Shown: one piece after another, positions 26,991-42,919 of the stretch | How the letters are laid out: each line of letters opens with the position of its first letter | Numbering within the stretch: position 1 is the first letter of the stretch | NCBI GenBank assembly: GCA_951406725.2 | Contig: OX597825.1 | Span: 81,902,001 to 81,966,000, forward strand | Length of the DNA: 64,000 nt | Source of the DNA: Octopus vulgaris | Lineage: Eukaryota | Direction: 5' to 3' | Notes under the pieces: model-generated | Seen by the model: only the letters and a program-made list of their open reading frames with translations | Database searches by the model: none | What the model was told of the DNA's origin: nothing | Position numbers and translations under genes: made by a program

Positions 26991-27567
26991 AGCCCGCACA
27001 CATACACACCTATAACGTGACAGAAAAAGTAAAATAATACCGCCACGGGGCGCAGAGTTTCCCGCGTCTTTAATCTTCAGGTTTGAGATGACAGACGCAG
27101 AATGAAGTGTTGTACATTCTTCACAGAATTTAATTTTATTATTTAGATTCAGAAATGTGGCGAGCTGGCCGAACCATTTGCATGTCGGGCGAAATGCTCA
27201 ACGGCATTCTCCGTCTTTATCGTTCTGAGTTCAAATTCCGCCGAGGTCGACTTTACTTTTTGTCGTTTCAGAGTCAATAAATTAAGTACCAGTGAAACAC
27301 TGGGGTCGTTGTAATCGACTAGCCCCCACCCCTGCAAAAGTTCAGGCCATGTGGCTTTAGTAGATATGATTATTTAGATCCAGAATGGTAGTGTGTTGGT
27401 AGATTCTTTATGGCGTCGGAAGAAATATCTTGCTGTATATTTTCCGACTCCTTATTCTCTAAGTTCAACTTTTGTCGAGATCAGCTTTAACTTTCACTTT
27501 TCAGGATCGATAAAGTAAGTATAAATTAATTGTATCTGGGGAGAGTCAGTTTCTTTTTGTGCATTAT

Positions 27568-27723
27568 AACGTAACACACTCACTGGTAAAATTTCCACTC
27601 ATTTTTCATTTTTAGTTTCTCTTACAATTTTCGTTGCGTCTTGCAACCTTTTCAATAGTCTTGACTTTTAGGAAAATAAAAATAAGAAATAAGTGGAAAT
27701 TTTACCGGTGAGTGTGTTGCATT
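27568..27723. mobile_element. Short inverted-repeat element
   Basis: aacacactcactggtaaaatttccact pairs with agtggaaattttaccggtgagtgtgtt; the interior has a gttgc/gcaac hairpin next to GAAA on the minus strand. Confidence 0.65.
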
Positions 27724-28244
27724 ATGAAGCACAAAAAGAAAACGACTTTCCCCAGACACAACAGAATATGCTTCAACACACAAACTCATATAAAGAATCT
27801 TGCAAACCAAGTCCAAAAACGAAGTACAAGTCAAGACATGACTTATATAAGACAGGGTATCGGCAAATACCATATCTTTAAAAAATATAAAGAATTGATG
27901 TATAAACATCAACGAATAAATCGACTGTAATTAAAAACTTAATTAATAGCAGATCGTTAAACCAAGTAATTCCAAGCGGGGTCGATTTTCATGCATATAC
28001 ATAAACGTTCTTTAAGGGCACAAAAGCATAAATTCACATATTGTTCGTATTTTACGTGTTTCTAAACAGCTGTTTCATTAAGATAAACACTGACAAATGC
28101 ATGATTACATAATTGCGATGCGTAACTAAATTGAATTAATTTGAAGTAAATTGATTTAAAAACTGTGTTTACCCGAACCATGAGGAATGTGTTATATTAA
28201 TTAGAAAACCGTTACTGGTTTTAAACGAGACTTTACATTTTTTC

Positions 28245-28857
<613 letters not shown>

Positions 28858-29651
28858 GCATATAGATATATGTATGTATCCGACAGGCTTCCGCATAATT
28901 TCTCTCTGTCAAGTTCACTCATAAGGCATTAGTCAGCCTGGGGCGGCAGTAAAAGACCCTTACTCAAGTTGCCCCGCTGAAGAACTGAACCTGAAATCAC
29001 ATGGTCGCAAAGCAATCTTCTTAACCACACAGCCAGACCTCTATATATTCTCCATATTTTTTCTTTTATTATTATTTCTCATCGTTAATTTCCACTTTCA
29101 AATCCATTTGCCATTACTGCAATTCACTGCTAATTACCACAGCTCACATTAATTCTCCATTACCTATCAAACAATAGAATCGAAAAGATCAATCACCGTA
29201 TGACCTTACCCGTATTTCCGCCAACCTTATTAAAAGCAATCTTTTCCCCGCCACACTTTAAATAATGAACCCCTTTCAGCTTTTGAATTATCAACGATAA
29301 ACATACAGAATATTCATGACAATCACTTACCCCCACTTTCAAGCATACAACCACAAACCAAACTCACTTAATTACACGCCCCCTTTTCTAATCCATGGTG
29401 TAAGACCATCCTTCACAACTATTGTAATAACACGATCAAATGACGATCCTAACAGGCAATAATTTTCATATATACTTTCACGTCCTTTGTTGTGGTTAAC
29501 CACAACCCGAGTTGGCCAAAGATATATTCATACATTTATATGTTAAACTCAATGGTTCTCGACAGTTTTTCTACTTACGAATGCCTTTGATTCTTTATTT
29601 ACCCGGATGGATAGCTAAGTTAATAATATAAATAATAATAATGATGATAAC

Positions 29652-29710
<59 letters not shown>

Positions 29711-29727
29711 TGATGATGATGATGATG

Positions 29728-29776
<49 letters not shown>

Positions 29777-29951
29777 CTGTGAATTTGGGCGTGTAATCTG
29801 GGAATGCATACAATGAGCTCCTCTGCCCTAGGTGTACGGAAAACACTCGGCGAGAAATTGATGAAAATTTGAAGAAAGAAGGAATAACAACAAGAACAAC
29901 AACAACAGCAATAATAATAATAATAATAATAATATTTATATAGGCGTATAT

Positions 29952-30330
29952 AGGCGTAGGAGTGGCTGTGTGGTATATAGCTTGCTTACCAGCTACATGG
30001 TTCCGGGTTCAGTCCCACTGTGCGGCACCTTGGGCAAGTGTCTTCTATAGCCCCGAGCTGACCAAAGCCTTGTGAGTGGATTTGGTAGACGGAAACTGAA
30101 AGAAGCCCGCCGTATATATGTATATTTATATATATATATATGTGTGTGTATGTTTGTGAGTCTATGTTTGTTCCCACCCCCAATATCGCTTGACAACCGA
30201 TGCTGGTGTGTTTACGTTCCCGTAACTTAGCGGTTCGGTAAAAAGTGACCGATAGAATAAGTACTAGGCTTACAAAGAATAAGTCCTGGAGTCGATTTCC
30301 TTGCAGTCAAATGACCGAAACGAGTAAAAG
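29952..30330 (+). mobile_element. SINE family A, near full length
   Basis: aggcgtaggagtggctgtgtgg.. through gaaacgagtaaaag. Confidence 0.87.
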
Positions 30331-30348
30331 AGAGTATATATATATATG

Positions 30349-30419
<71 letters not shown>

Positions 30420-30438
30420 ACAAAGTGTACGTACGCCG

Positions 30439-30473
<35 letters not shown>

Positions 30474-30615
30474 CAACTGGGACAAGAACGTAAAACATCC
30501 AGAAGACGATACAAAAAACACGGACGGGTCATTCGAAACCATTAATCTTCAGTCAAGAACCGGATCATCCTCGCAATTTCGGTTGATTAATCTTGAGATT
30601 GCTCCAATCTGTCTG

Positions 30616-30692
<77 letters not shown>

Positions 30693-30954
30693 GTCTCTCT
30701 CTCTCTCTCTCACTCTCTCCCAGTCTGTCTACCTATATTTGAAGTTTTAGAAGAGCTGCCTTTTTTGTTCGCTAAAATATTCAATTTGAATAATATAAAT
30801 ATACTTAAATACATATCTACATACATATGTATTTGTTTATATACGCACATATATATGTATCATAAATATATATATATATCTATATTATTTTTCTTCATAT
30901 ATCTATGTATATATAAATTACACACATATACATATACACGTACATATATCTATA

Positions 30955-31029
<75 letters not shown>

Positions 31030-31484
31030 ATATATGTATATATATATATAAATATGTGTGTGTGTATAATTATATATATATATATGCATAAATGACATAA
31101 TATATATATATACATCGCAGCGGCAAAGATCAGTAGGTAGGCTGGTCGGTCGGTATGTTTGTTGGTATGAGGACGACCAGTTCACGCACGTGCATCTAAG
31201 CCTACAAGATTGAGAAGATACAAAAAGTAAACAGAAGCCCCGTTAACGTTCGGTTAACGGTACCCCGTCGTTTTGGAAGAGATTAGAAGAATGTCTTGGC
31301 AACACATAGCTTTTGTTCTCGTTCGCCTCTTGTTCGTATTTTTGCAGTTTCTCTTTGCATCACAGATATTATTCACTATCCGTTTGTTTTCTTGTGCAAA
31401 AAAAAAAAATACAAAGAAAAAGAAAAAAATGTGTATCCTTCTTCAGACACACCCACATGCCTACCCAAATGTGTATCCATTTAT

Positions 31485-31520
<36 letters not shown>

Positions 31521-31624
31521 ACACACATGCAGTTTGCATGTATACACAAATATTTAGCGGAATTGCTTTTGGAAGTATTTCTATTAAAATAAACTTAATA
31601 TATATATATATATATATATATATT

Positions 31625-32092
31625 TAGGATGAAGTTTTTTACAGAAAAAAAAAATTCCATCAAAAAATGTGGTAGCATATTAAAATACCTTTACGGTTAA
31701 AATTATAAACAACTTATAAATAAGGGCTAAAGAAAATTATTTCAATGCCAATATGCTGATAACAGACATTTAAGTCGTCAATTTCCACATATTATTTACT
31801 CGCTACAGAAAAAAACACGAAGAGCTGTTCCATGGGCGCATGTAGGTATCTTATTTATATCCTTTCGTATTTTCTACTGAAGAGGAAAAAAATCTATTAT
31901 GAGATTAATTCCGAAATTTATTCAATATAGAAATAACGAACTTTTTAAAAAATTCTATCGGCCGGCTTTCCCCGATTTCAGCTCTTCGTGGTTTTCTGTA
32001 GCGAGTAAATAATATGTGGAAATTGACGATTTAAAAGTCTGTTATCAGCATATTGGCATTAAAATAATTTTCTTTAGCCCTTATTTATAAGT

Positions 32093-32095
<3 letters not shown>
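31625..32095. mobile_element. Penelope-like non-autonomous element in (TA)n with ~118-bp inverted repeat
   Basis: Arms 31709-31827 and 31978-32095 are near-perfect reverse complements enclosing a hammerhead; (TA)n on both sides. Confidence 0.75.
31864..31940 (+). ncRNA. Type I hammerhead ribozyme, intact core
   Basis: ttcgt..tttcta-CTGAAGA-ggaa..aatct/agatt..ttcc-GAAA-tt(tattc)aa-TA-tagaaa..acgaa; all three stems pair; AUA cleavage triplet (after 31927). Confidence 0.85.
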
Positions 32096-32171
<76 letters not shown>

Positions 32172-32410
32172 AATAACATTAGGGTAATAAGAATCATATA
32201 AATTATTATTACCAGTGGCCTAGCACAAAAAAGAATTAGTCAATAGACTATATATTATTCACATAGAAATATCGTGTACATTAAAAAACATCAAGGGGCT
32301 TCCAAATAGAAACGCCTTGTGCTAGAAAGAGCAGTAGAAAACTCAAACCACTAATTAGGGATAAATTCTCGAAAGAAATAAAAATTTAAAACGTTTACCA
32401 TCCTATTTAG

Positions 32411-32481
32411 TTCCTAGACCATGGTTTCTAACTAATTCCAGTAAAAAAATATTTTCTGAGGCTAGTTTTCATCAGTAGGAA
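32411..32481 (-). ncRNA. Type I hammerhead ribozyme, intact core
   Basis: Minus strand ttccta-CTGATGA-a.aactag..tcag/ctgg..ttagtt.a-GAAA-CCATGG-TC-taggaa; perfect 6-bp stem I, palindromic ACCATGGT stem III, GUC site. Confidence 0.85.
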
Positions 32482-32639
32482 GCCTTTAGAATTCAAATAT
32501 ACACACGATTAGATCCACATGTAAACTAGCTGCATGTATATCCTAACTTTTCAAACCACTGCGCAGATGCAGATTATATTCGGTGACACTTCATAATTAC
32601 AACAATACAGAGTGGATCTGTGAGCGAGCGATCAGGATA

Positions 32640-33115
32640 TTATTAAGTACCCGATCGAATTTTGGAACCCGCTACAACCACCATGTACAGCTGGTCATTG
32701 TCTTCACCTGAAAGAACGAACTCCTATTATGCTATTACATAATTTATCTCAACCAAAATTATGCAATGGTACAAGATTAATTGTGCACAAAGTTATGAAG
32801 AACTGCATTGAGGTAAATATTCTCTCTGGTTGTGGCAAAGGCGAGACTGTTTTCATTCTTCACATACCAGTTATACACTCTAATGTCCCATTCCAATTTA
32901 AATGGTTCCAGTTTCCTATCCGTGTTTCTTTTGCCATGAGCATTAATAAAAGTCGGGGCCAAACGCTAAAAGTTGCTGGATTGCAACTTGAAGATCTATG
33001 CTTTTCACATGGCCAACTTTATGTTGAGGCGTCATGTGTAGGAGCAAAAGCAAATCTTTTTGCTTATGCACCCCGAACTAAAACAGCAAAAAAAAAAAAA
33101 CACTGTTTATAGAGA
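32640..33115 (+). pseudogene. Helitron PIF1-like helicase C-terminal remnant
   Basis: MLLHNLSQPKLCNGTRLIV..QFPIRVSFAMSINKSRGQTL..LCFSHGQLYV motifs; frameshifted end. Confidence 0.92.
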
Positions 33116-33219
33116 AATATTCACTCTTAACGCCATATGGACACTTCAACAACTTAATTTACCATTAATATCAATACATTCAAGATTGAGTAAATTACCT
33201 CTTTGAATGAACTGTATTA

Positions 33220-33475
33220 CATAATTGCTCTTGCTGTATTGATAAATTAAATAACACAGACAACTCACTTATTATTATCATATAATAAACAAACAGAAAT
33301 TCATGTATGAATTTGAACTTTTTCCTACATAAAGTTTTTGGTTTTTTTCTCTTATAACAGTATTATATAATTGCCATTACTGTGTTACGAAATAAAATAA
33401 CACACATAATTCACTTATTATTGTCATATGATAAACAAACAAAAGTTCATGTATGAAATTGATCATTTTTCTACA
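33220..33475. repeat. ~145-bp tandem duplication downstream of the Helitron helicase
   Basis: ataattgc..aaataacaca..tcacttattatt..taaacaaaca..ttcatgtatga occurs twice. Confidence 0.7.
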
Positions 33476-33771
33476 TCAATTATTACATATATTTCTCTTG
33501 CAAAAATACACACATACAGGAGAAGTAAATTATACATATAATAATACTTTGACTGTGGCTCCCGAGAAACAGTAAAAGTAATTACTCGATCAACGACGCG
33601 TATTACTGCTATTCTGAATACTGGAATAAGTGAATCACCGTTTACTCTGCCTTCGTAAATATATAACCTTAATTCTGAAACCGTTTTTTAAAGAATACTA
33701 CTGCCAGTGTTACCCCTAGTTTTAAGCCAAGTATCAGATCCCAAAACAAAACAAAACCACACACACACACG

Positions 33772-33816
<45 letters not shown>

Positions 33817-34209
33817 ATGCACACACACACACACATACACACATACACAGACGATAGTATGATATTTCGGTGGATTGTTTTTCTTATTTTGGTAAAGGCA
33901 AGCAATTTCAAGGAGAGAGTGTTAGCCTATTACATTGGTTGGTACTCTACTTTATCGATCCCTAAAGGACGAAATGCAAGATCGACCTAGCCGTATTTGA
34001 TCTCAAAACGATTTGATTCAGAAAAAAAATTATCGCAAGGCATTGTATCCAACACACAACCATACACACACTAATTAACACGCAACCATAAACGCACATA
34101 CACACCTACACACACACTCACACACACACTCACACTCACACACATATAGATACACAAACACTTACACACACACACAGATACATGTACACACGCACAGATG
34201 CACACATCG

Positions 34210-34246
<37 letters not shown>

Positions 34247-34427
34247 TACATATACACACAGATACATATACACACAGATACCCACATAGATACCCACACA
34301 GATACACACGCACACACATGTGCGCGCGGACACACACGCACTCACACACGTAAACAGACAGATACATATACGAACACATATACACACGCACACACAGGGA
34401 CACACACGTGCGCATGGACACACACAC

Positions 34428-34473
<46 letters not shown>

Positions 34474-35221
34474 ACACACACACACACACACAATGGTAAA
34501 ATTCATTCCAACACAATTGATGAAATCTTCATTTACATCGAAGTTCAAAAGGCTTCGCGAAAAATATTTTTAGGGAAATTTTTTTCCTTTTATTTTTGGT
34601 ATTTGTTGCGAGGAATTTATCTTTCGTAATGAAGTCTTGTGTTTTTGGTGTGGAATATAATAGAAAAGACGGTTTGTTCCTGATTATTATCAACCGGTCT
34701 CGGCGTCGTTTGCCTCGTCGTTGTCGTCGCCATTGTAATTATTGTTGTTGTTTTTGTTTTTCTTTTTGTTTTTGCTTTTGTTTTTCTATTTTTTTTTTTT
34801 GCCAAATCAGAATTCCTGAGAGAAGCATGTCTGCTGAGCAAGAACTCAGTTTTAAATCCTAGAATAAGGAGTAGGAGTAGGAGGAGGGGGAGGAGAAGAA
34901 GAAGAAGAAGAAGAAGAAGAAGAAGAAGAAGAAGAAGGAAAAGAAGAAGAAAAAGAAGAAGAAGAAGGGGAAGAAGAAGGAGAAGGAGGAGGATAAGGAT
35001 AAGGAGAAGAAGAAGAAGAAGAAGAAGAAGGGGAAGAAGAAGAAGAAGAAGGAAAAGAAGAAGAAAAAGAAGAAGAAGAAGAAGGAGAAGAAGAAAAAGA
35101 AGAAAAAGAAGAAGAAAAAGAAGAAGAAGAAGCAGCAGCAGCAGAAGAAGAAGAAGAAGGAGAAGATAATAAGTAGACTTATTTAATTAAAATTAATCTG
35201 AGTAATTTCTTGTTTCACATC

Positions 35222-35385
35222 AGGCATAAGCGCAGTCGTGTGGCAAGAAGCTTTCTTCCCAACCACATGATTCCGGGTTCAGTCCCACTGCGTGGCACCT
35301 CGAGCAAGTGTCTTCTGTTATAGCCCCGGGCCGACTAAAGCCTTGTGAGTAGATTTGGTAGACGGAAACTGAAAGAAGCCCGTAT
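35222..35385 (+). mobile_element. SINE family A head
   Basis: Family A head and core ending at gaaagaagcccg. Confidence 0.8.
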
Positions 35386-35419
35386 TTATGTATGTATGTA
35401 TGTATGTATGTATGATATG

Positions 35420-35970
35420 TGAGGTCACTTTCGAGTGCTACTGGTAACATGTAACCCAGTACAACTTGTTGCATGGTCGGGTCGTCGGCGACTAAACCGG
35501 CAACCCCACCAAGCTTGCTTGGTGAGGAGGGTGTTTATTGGACAACCTACGGGATGAAAAACAAAACCCATCAAAAGGCGGAGGAACTCTTGAGAGTGAA
35601 CGGCCATCCAATAAATGGCTTAAGGCTGTATCATGCTCGGAGACATAGAAATAATTGGACTGAATACCCGATCGCGCAGTTAAACCATTGGGAGTGAAGG
35701 ACTCCTAGCCTTTGTTAGGGCATCCTTCTAGGAGAAGGTAACTCAGGTAACTGGGATAACTCCGATATAAAACCTGCGGCTCAGTGGTTACCGATGGTGT
35801 TGACTTGTTCTTCTTTTCGGATTATGGCTGCTGTTGCTTAGTGAGTGGGATTGACTCAGTGCACAGCCTTTCCTCACTTAAAAAAAAACTTCTTGCACAG
35901 GCATTGCACGATAACAACATTGATTAAGCTTTGTGCAATGGCCATACTCAATAACGAGAAGCAGCCACCA
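35420..35970 (+). mobile_element. Non-coding retroelement derivative (RTE-like) inserted in (TATG)n
   Basis: Contains gggcatccttctaggagaaggtaactc, similar to RTE 5'UTR motifs; flanked by (TATG)n on both sides; no long ORF. Confidence 0.45.
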
Positions 35971-36132
35971 TGTATGTATGTATGTATGTATGTATGTATG
36001 TATGTATGTATGTATGTATGTATGTATGTATGTATGTATGTATGTATTTATGTATGTATGTATGTATGTATGTATGTATGTATGTATGTATGTATGTATG
36101 TATGTATGTATTTATGTATGTATGTATGTATG

Positions 36133-36166
<34 letters not shown>

Positions 36167-36932
36167 TGTATGTATGTATGTATGTATGTATGTATGTATG
36201 TATGTATGTATGTGTTTGTGCGTCTTTATCGCACCATCATCGCTGGCCTTGTGCAAAAATTTGAAAGCATTATTCGCAATAACAATAATAACAGCAACAT
36301 CACGTGATATCATTGGCGAAAAAATATCAAAAACCCAAAAAGAATTGGCAACCGTGTTTCAATAAGGGTCATTCCACCAGGGACAATTGAATGATAAATA
36401 AATAAATATAAAAACAAACAACATAAAAATTATATGTGGTACCAGAAAAATAATAAAAAAATTAGGTTTTATGAAACAACACAAATACACTACACACACA
36501 CACACACACACATATACAGAGTTAAGGGAAGGCTAGAGAGATCCAAAAGAATAAATTTAGAAAACCTTGTTAGAATCTTGTAAGAATTTTCTTCTAAACA
36601 GCTGAATCAACAAAATGGCAGGCTTGAAGCTTTCTATCGCAAAATGGGCACCATATTGTGTGTGTGTGTGTGTGTGCATGAGTGTTTGTATGCGTGTGTT
36701 TTATATCTTTGGGTGGATGTGTATTGATGTAAATGTTCGGTTAGAGCAGTTACGTGTGTGCGCTGTGTGTGTGTGTGTGTGTGTGTAAGAGAATGATTTA
36801 TATATCTGTGTGTTTATAAATGCAATTATAAATGAATGTGTCCGTATACACACCGCACATAGTTCTCACCATAAACATGCGGGCGCTTAAATATATAAAC
36901 GTTTTGATTCACACGCACAGACACAGCTACCA

Positions 36933-36971
<39 letters not shown>

Positions 36972-37050
36972 ATAATAATATTAGGGAATAAATCCAAACT
37001 TACAGGGAAAAATTAGTTTGATTTGCCTAATAGTGGTTTTATCTCTAATT

Positions 37051-37111
<61 letters not shown>

Positions 37112-37450
37112 AAGGCGCAGGCGTGGCTGTGTGGTAAGTAGCTTGTTTCCCAACCATATGGTTCCAGGTTCTATCCCATTTCGTGGCACTTTGGGCAAGT
37201 GTCTTTTACTATACCCTCGGCCAGGGCCAAAGCCTTGTTAGTGGAATTGGTTAGGCGGAAACTGAAAGAAGCCCGTAGATGTGTGTGCATATGTTTCTGT
37301 GTCTGTGTTTGTGCTCCAAACATCGCTTGACAACCGATGCTCTTGTGTTTACGTCCTCGTAACTTAGCGGGTTCGGCAGACAGAATAAGTCCTGGGATCA
37401 ATTTGCCCGACTAAAGGAGGTGCTTCAGCATGGCCGCTGTCAAATGAATA
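37112..37450 (+). mobile_element. SINE family A
   Basis: aggcgcaggcgtggctgtgtggtaagtagc.. through cagcatggccgctgtcaaatga. Confidence 0.85.
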
Positions 37451-37519
37451 CACATAACAGGGGAAAATAACAGCTACGACCCTCGAAATATAACAACTGC
37501 AACAGGAAGAAGAACAAAA

Positions 37520-37551
37520 CTACTACTACTAATAATAACAATAATAATGAC

Positions 37552-37622
<71 letters not shown>

Positions 37623-37635
37623 TAATAATAATAAT

Positions 37636-37720
<85 letters not shown>

Positions 37721-37740
37721 GTAATAATAATAATGACAAT

Positions 37741-37775
<35 letters not shown>

Positions 37776-37776
37776 C

Positions 37777-37810
<34 letters not shown>

Positions 37811-37824
37811 TTAATAATAATAAT

Positions 37825-37864
<40 letters not shown>

Positions 37865-37885
37865 TTAATAATAATAATAATAATA

Positions 37886-37947
<62 letters not shown>
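37520..37947. repeat. (AAT)n microsatellite, ~430 bp
   Basis: Directly visible. Confidence 0.95.
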
Positions 37948-37949
<2 letters not shown>

Positions 37950-39754
37950 ACGGTTAATGATAGTTAATTAAAGTAATGCGACAATAATATGTTTCCAAAC
38001 CACACTGAGTATGATGTAGGAATGTGTTGGTTGGTGTGCGAGTGGATGGGGTGGGGGGAATGGTTCGTAGGAGATGGGTGGGGGCTGAGGGGTGCTGGGT
38101 TGTTGGTGGGGTGGGGCGGGGTGGAGATTGTTTTGGCTTCTGGGATGGAATTTGGTTTAGTTTTGTCTTGTTATTCAAGTTTATTAATGGAGTTGAGACA
38201 AGTGGATGGCATATGGCCACCTCTGGCATCTACATGCCTGCATGTATGTGTGTATGTATGTATGTATGTATGTATGTATGTATGTATGTATGTATGTATG
38301 TATGAATGTATGTATGTATGTATGTATGTATGTGTGTGTGTATGTATGTATGTATGTATGTATGTATGTATGTGTGTATGTATGTATGTATGTATGTATG
38401 TATGTGTGTATGTATGTATGTATGTATGTATGTATGTATGTATGTATGTGTGTGTGTGTGTGTGTTTGCATGTATGCATTTATGCATGTATGTATGTATG
38501 TGTGTGTATTTATGTATGTGTGTACGTATGTATGTATTTATGTATGCATGTGTGTGTATGTATCTATGTATGTATTCATGTATGTATGTATGCATATTAT
38601 ATGCATGTATGCATATTATGTGTATTCACGTATGTATGCATGTTTGTATGTATGCAAGTTTGTATGTATGCATGCTTGTATGTATAAACGTGAAGGTATG
38701 TATATATGTATGTATACACATACACACGAGTACACACACACTCACACGCACAGATACTCACACACACACATATATATACGTGCATACACACTCACGCACA
38801 AACATATATATACATGCATATGTATACTCACACACATTTGTATTTGGCATATATGTATATCTATCTGTATTCTTAAATATATGCGTATATATCTATCTAT
38901 CTATCTATCTATATATATATATATAGCTATATATGGTATATATCCTGTATATACATATATACATACATATGCACGCACACACACATACATATATATATAT
39001 ACATATATATACATATATATACATATATATTACAGGCATACCCAATGAAAAGTAGATGACAAAGGACAATAACATCTTCATAAGTTACAGTTGTTTCTAT
39101 ATATACGTATATATAGCTATCTATGATATATACACCTATTTTCATGTCTATATACCTACATATATACGCATGCCTCTATCTTTTTCTCCTTCTATCTATT
39201 ATTCTCTCTAGGTATGTAGATGCGCACACATACGCATACGTACACATTCATACACGCAGATGCAAAATGAGGATGATAATGATGGTATCCAATGTGATAA
39301 AAACTACAGATGATGCTGACTGAAACTATATTTAAAAAATAAAATTTTAATGAGATAAATGTATTAGCCCTTTAGTAACGCGCACACATAAATTGATATT
39401 CCTTCCACTGCTACTCCGAGGTTCACGCATCGAGCATATACTTGTGTGTACGTGATTTGAAGGAATATGTACGATACAGGGCGTAAAGGACAAATACGTA
39501 GATAGATAGACAGATATACATATACATTCGCCATGATAGATCACTAGCCACTACACATTCTTTATTTTCTCTCCCTGTTTTTTCCTGTGTTCCTTTCGGT
39601 GGAAGAGCGTAGGCTCGAAACGTTAATGACTTTTTCACTTCCCGAGCGTCACATATGTTTGTTGCCTGCACCGCCTGTCTTCGTCTTTTGTGTTTTTTTG
39701 TGAATTCTCCCTATATACATACACATATGTATATATATGTATATATTCCTGTAT

Positions 39755-40205
<451 letters not shown>

Positions 40206-40364
40206 CGTTCTGGGTTCAAATTCCGCCGAGGTCGACTTTGCCTTTCATCCTTTTGGGATCTTCAAATTAAGTACCAGTAACGCACTGGGTCGATGTAATC
40301 GACTTAATCCGTTTGTCTGTCTTTGTTTGTCCCCTCTGTGTTTAGCCCGTTGTGGGTAGTAGAG

Positions 40365-40404
<40 letters not shown>

Positions 40405-40559
40405 GAGTAGTTGAATGAATTATCTTATTATGGATAATTCGCTTAACCGATACCTGGGTAGCAAATTCACGTCAGAAAAAAACACGGTTGAAGCTACATG
40501 CCTAGGGCAGAGATCACGTGCTATCGTGTGGAAATTTGTGTTTTTTTAAATACAATTAA

Positions 40560-40654
40560 ATGAAAGAATGGAGTTGAACGACGAATTAACATAAAGGAAT
40601 TTTGTTAAAAATAAAGGAATTTTGTTAATTCGTCGTTCAACTCCATTCTTTCAT
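40560..40654. repeat. Inverted repeat (~32-bp arms) in a (TA)n-flanked insertion (40401-40655)
   Basis: tgaaagaatggagttgaacgacgaattaaca pairs with tgttaattcgtcgttcaactccattctttca. Confidence 0.8.
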
Positions 40655-41731
40655 ATATATATAAAAATATATATAAGGAGAGAAAGAGAGGGTGAGAGAA
40701 AGGGACACATAGAAAGAGGGAGAGAGGGAGATAGGGAGAAGAGCGAGAGAGAGAGATGTATGACTTACAATTGCTGATTTGGAATTCCTTCCTAAGTTCG
40801 TCCAGCGTCTAAGCATGTAGAAGAGTAATACTAACCGGTATATTACGGTAAACCCGATATATATTTTAATTAGAAATTCTTAGCGATAAGCGCCGAGAAA
40901 TCTATATTATAATCACAAGCTACTGTTGACATCAATATGACAGCTTTAAGAAGCTTTGAATTTTAGCGAAGAGATCAGATTTATAAAGATATAAGAAATG
41001 TCATAATTTTGACTGGAGACGGCGGCCATTTTGACGTAATCAGGCAGACGATAGACAGATACTTTCATCACGAGAAATAGAAATTTCAAACTTTGCTGTC
41101 TTTGTTTTCATTGAAATGTTAAGATTGTCACTCATATTTGATTGAATATGTACACAGAGCTTTACAGGAATCTCTCCCTTATTGCTTATCGCTCGTTTTC
41201 TCTTTATTTTCCATTATATCTCTACAGCACAGCTCCCTTTATACATACGTACGTACATTCATACGTACATACGTACAATCATTTAATTGGAACATTTTTT
41301 TGTTTTACATAAATAAATGCTTAAGTGAAAATCTGCAAAAGCTGGGAATTTCAGAAAAATTAAATCAACCAGTCAATAGCAACTTAACAAATACAATCGG
41401 TAAGCGGAACAATAAAAATATACAAGACTTTTCTCAAGTTCAAAAGGTTGATTTGTTTTTGTTATTCAAGCGATGGAGTTTCGTATATTTATTGGAAACC
41501 AGCTCCTTCCTTACAAGAAGACTTCAAGTGATTAAAAATAGAAGAAAACACACACACACGCACACACACTTGAATTGATAAGTAAATAACAACAGCACAG
41601 GACCTACACAACCACATTCATTAGTGTGCAGTTGTTTCCGCTATAAGCCACTCTGGATCCAAACGTGAGTGACAATGTCAAATCTCAGAGCTTCTTCAGA
41701 GTCTTAACATGACGGCTTCTCACAGCGTTAT

Positions 41732-41769
<38 letters not shown>

Positions 41770-41822
41770 ATAAAGTAAGATAACAAAGAAAGAAAGAGAT
41801 ATATTATGTAAATGGGAATTTA

Positions 41823-41871
<49 letters not shown>

Positions 41872-42058
41872 TTATATATCAGCTTTCAAATGGTGAACCC
41901 CATACATCGTTAACAACTTCCTAATTTTTCTGTCAAGTTTCTTTATATCTTTTCTAGTCCATTTCTGATTAAGGGGCACTGCTCATGAATTTATTGCTTC
42001 TATAAGATTTTTGGGAATTCAGCTTTGACTGCAATAATTTTCTGACTCTCCTTGTGTA

Positions 42059-42162
<104 letters not shown>

Positions 42163-42209
42163 TATTATTATTATTATTATTATTGTTGTTGTTGTTATTA
42201 TTATTATTA

Positions 42210-42244
<35 letters not shown>

Positions 42245-42471
42245 TTTTTGTTTTGTTCATCATATGAAACTACGTGCGTATTCATCATTATTTTATTTAT
42301 TTAATTCAATTTTAGAATACATACACACACACACACACACACACATATAAATATATATATATATACACACATACATAAAGGCGCATTCACACGCGCACAC
42401 ACGTATATATTTGTATATTATGTATATTACGCATTTATGCATTTATATATATATATGTGTATAATTATTTA

Positions 42472-42543
<72 letters not shown>

Positions 42544-42919
42544 CATACATATTTATATATATGTATATATGTATGTACGTATCTATGTATACATGTATAT
42601 ATTTGTATGTATGTATGCATGTATTTATATACATACATATGTGAAGCGACAGGAAGAGAATTGAAACAAAATGGACAGAAAAAAAATGTGAGAAAAAGAA
42701 AAATAGCGAAGAGTACTTCTCGTAAGAAAAAGGGAAGGAAGAAAGTTTATGTAAAAACAACATCCGGTTAATAGAATCAACAGACTCAGTAAATGTTAAC
42801 ATTGAGGAAATATTAATGGCTGAAACCACATTCTTGAAATAGAGGAAAAAAACGATGATGATGATGATGATGATGATGACTATGATGATGATGATGATGA
42901 TGATGATAATAATAACAAT

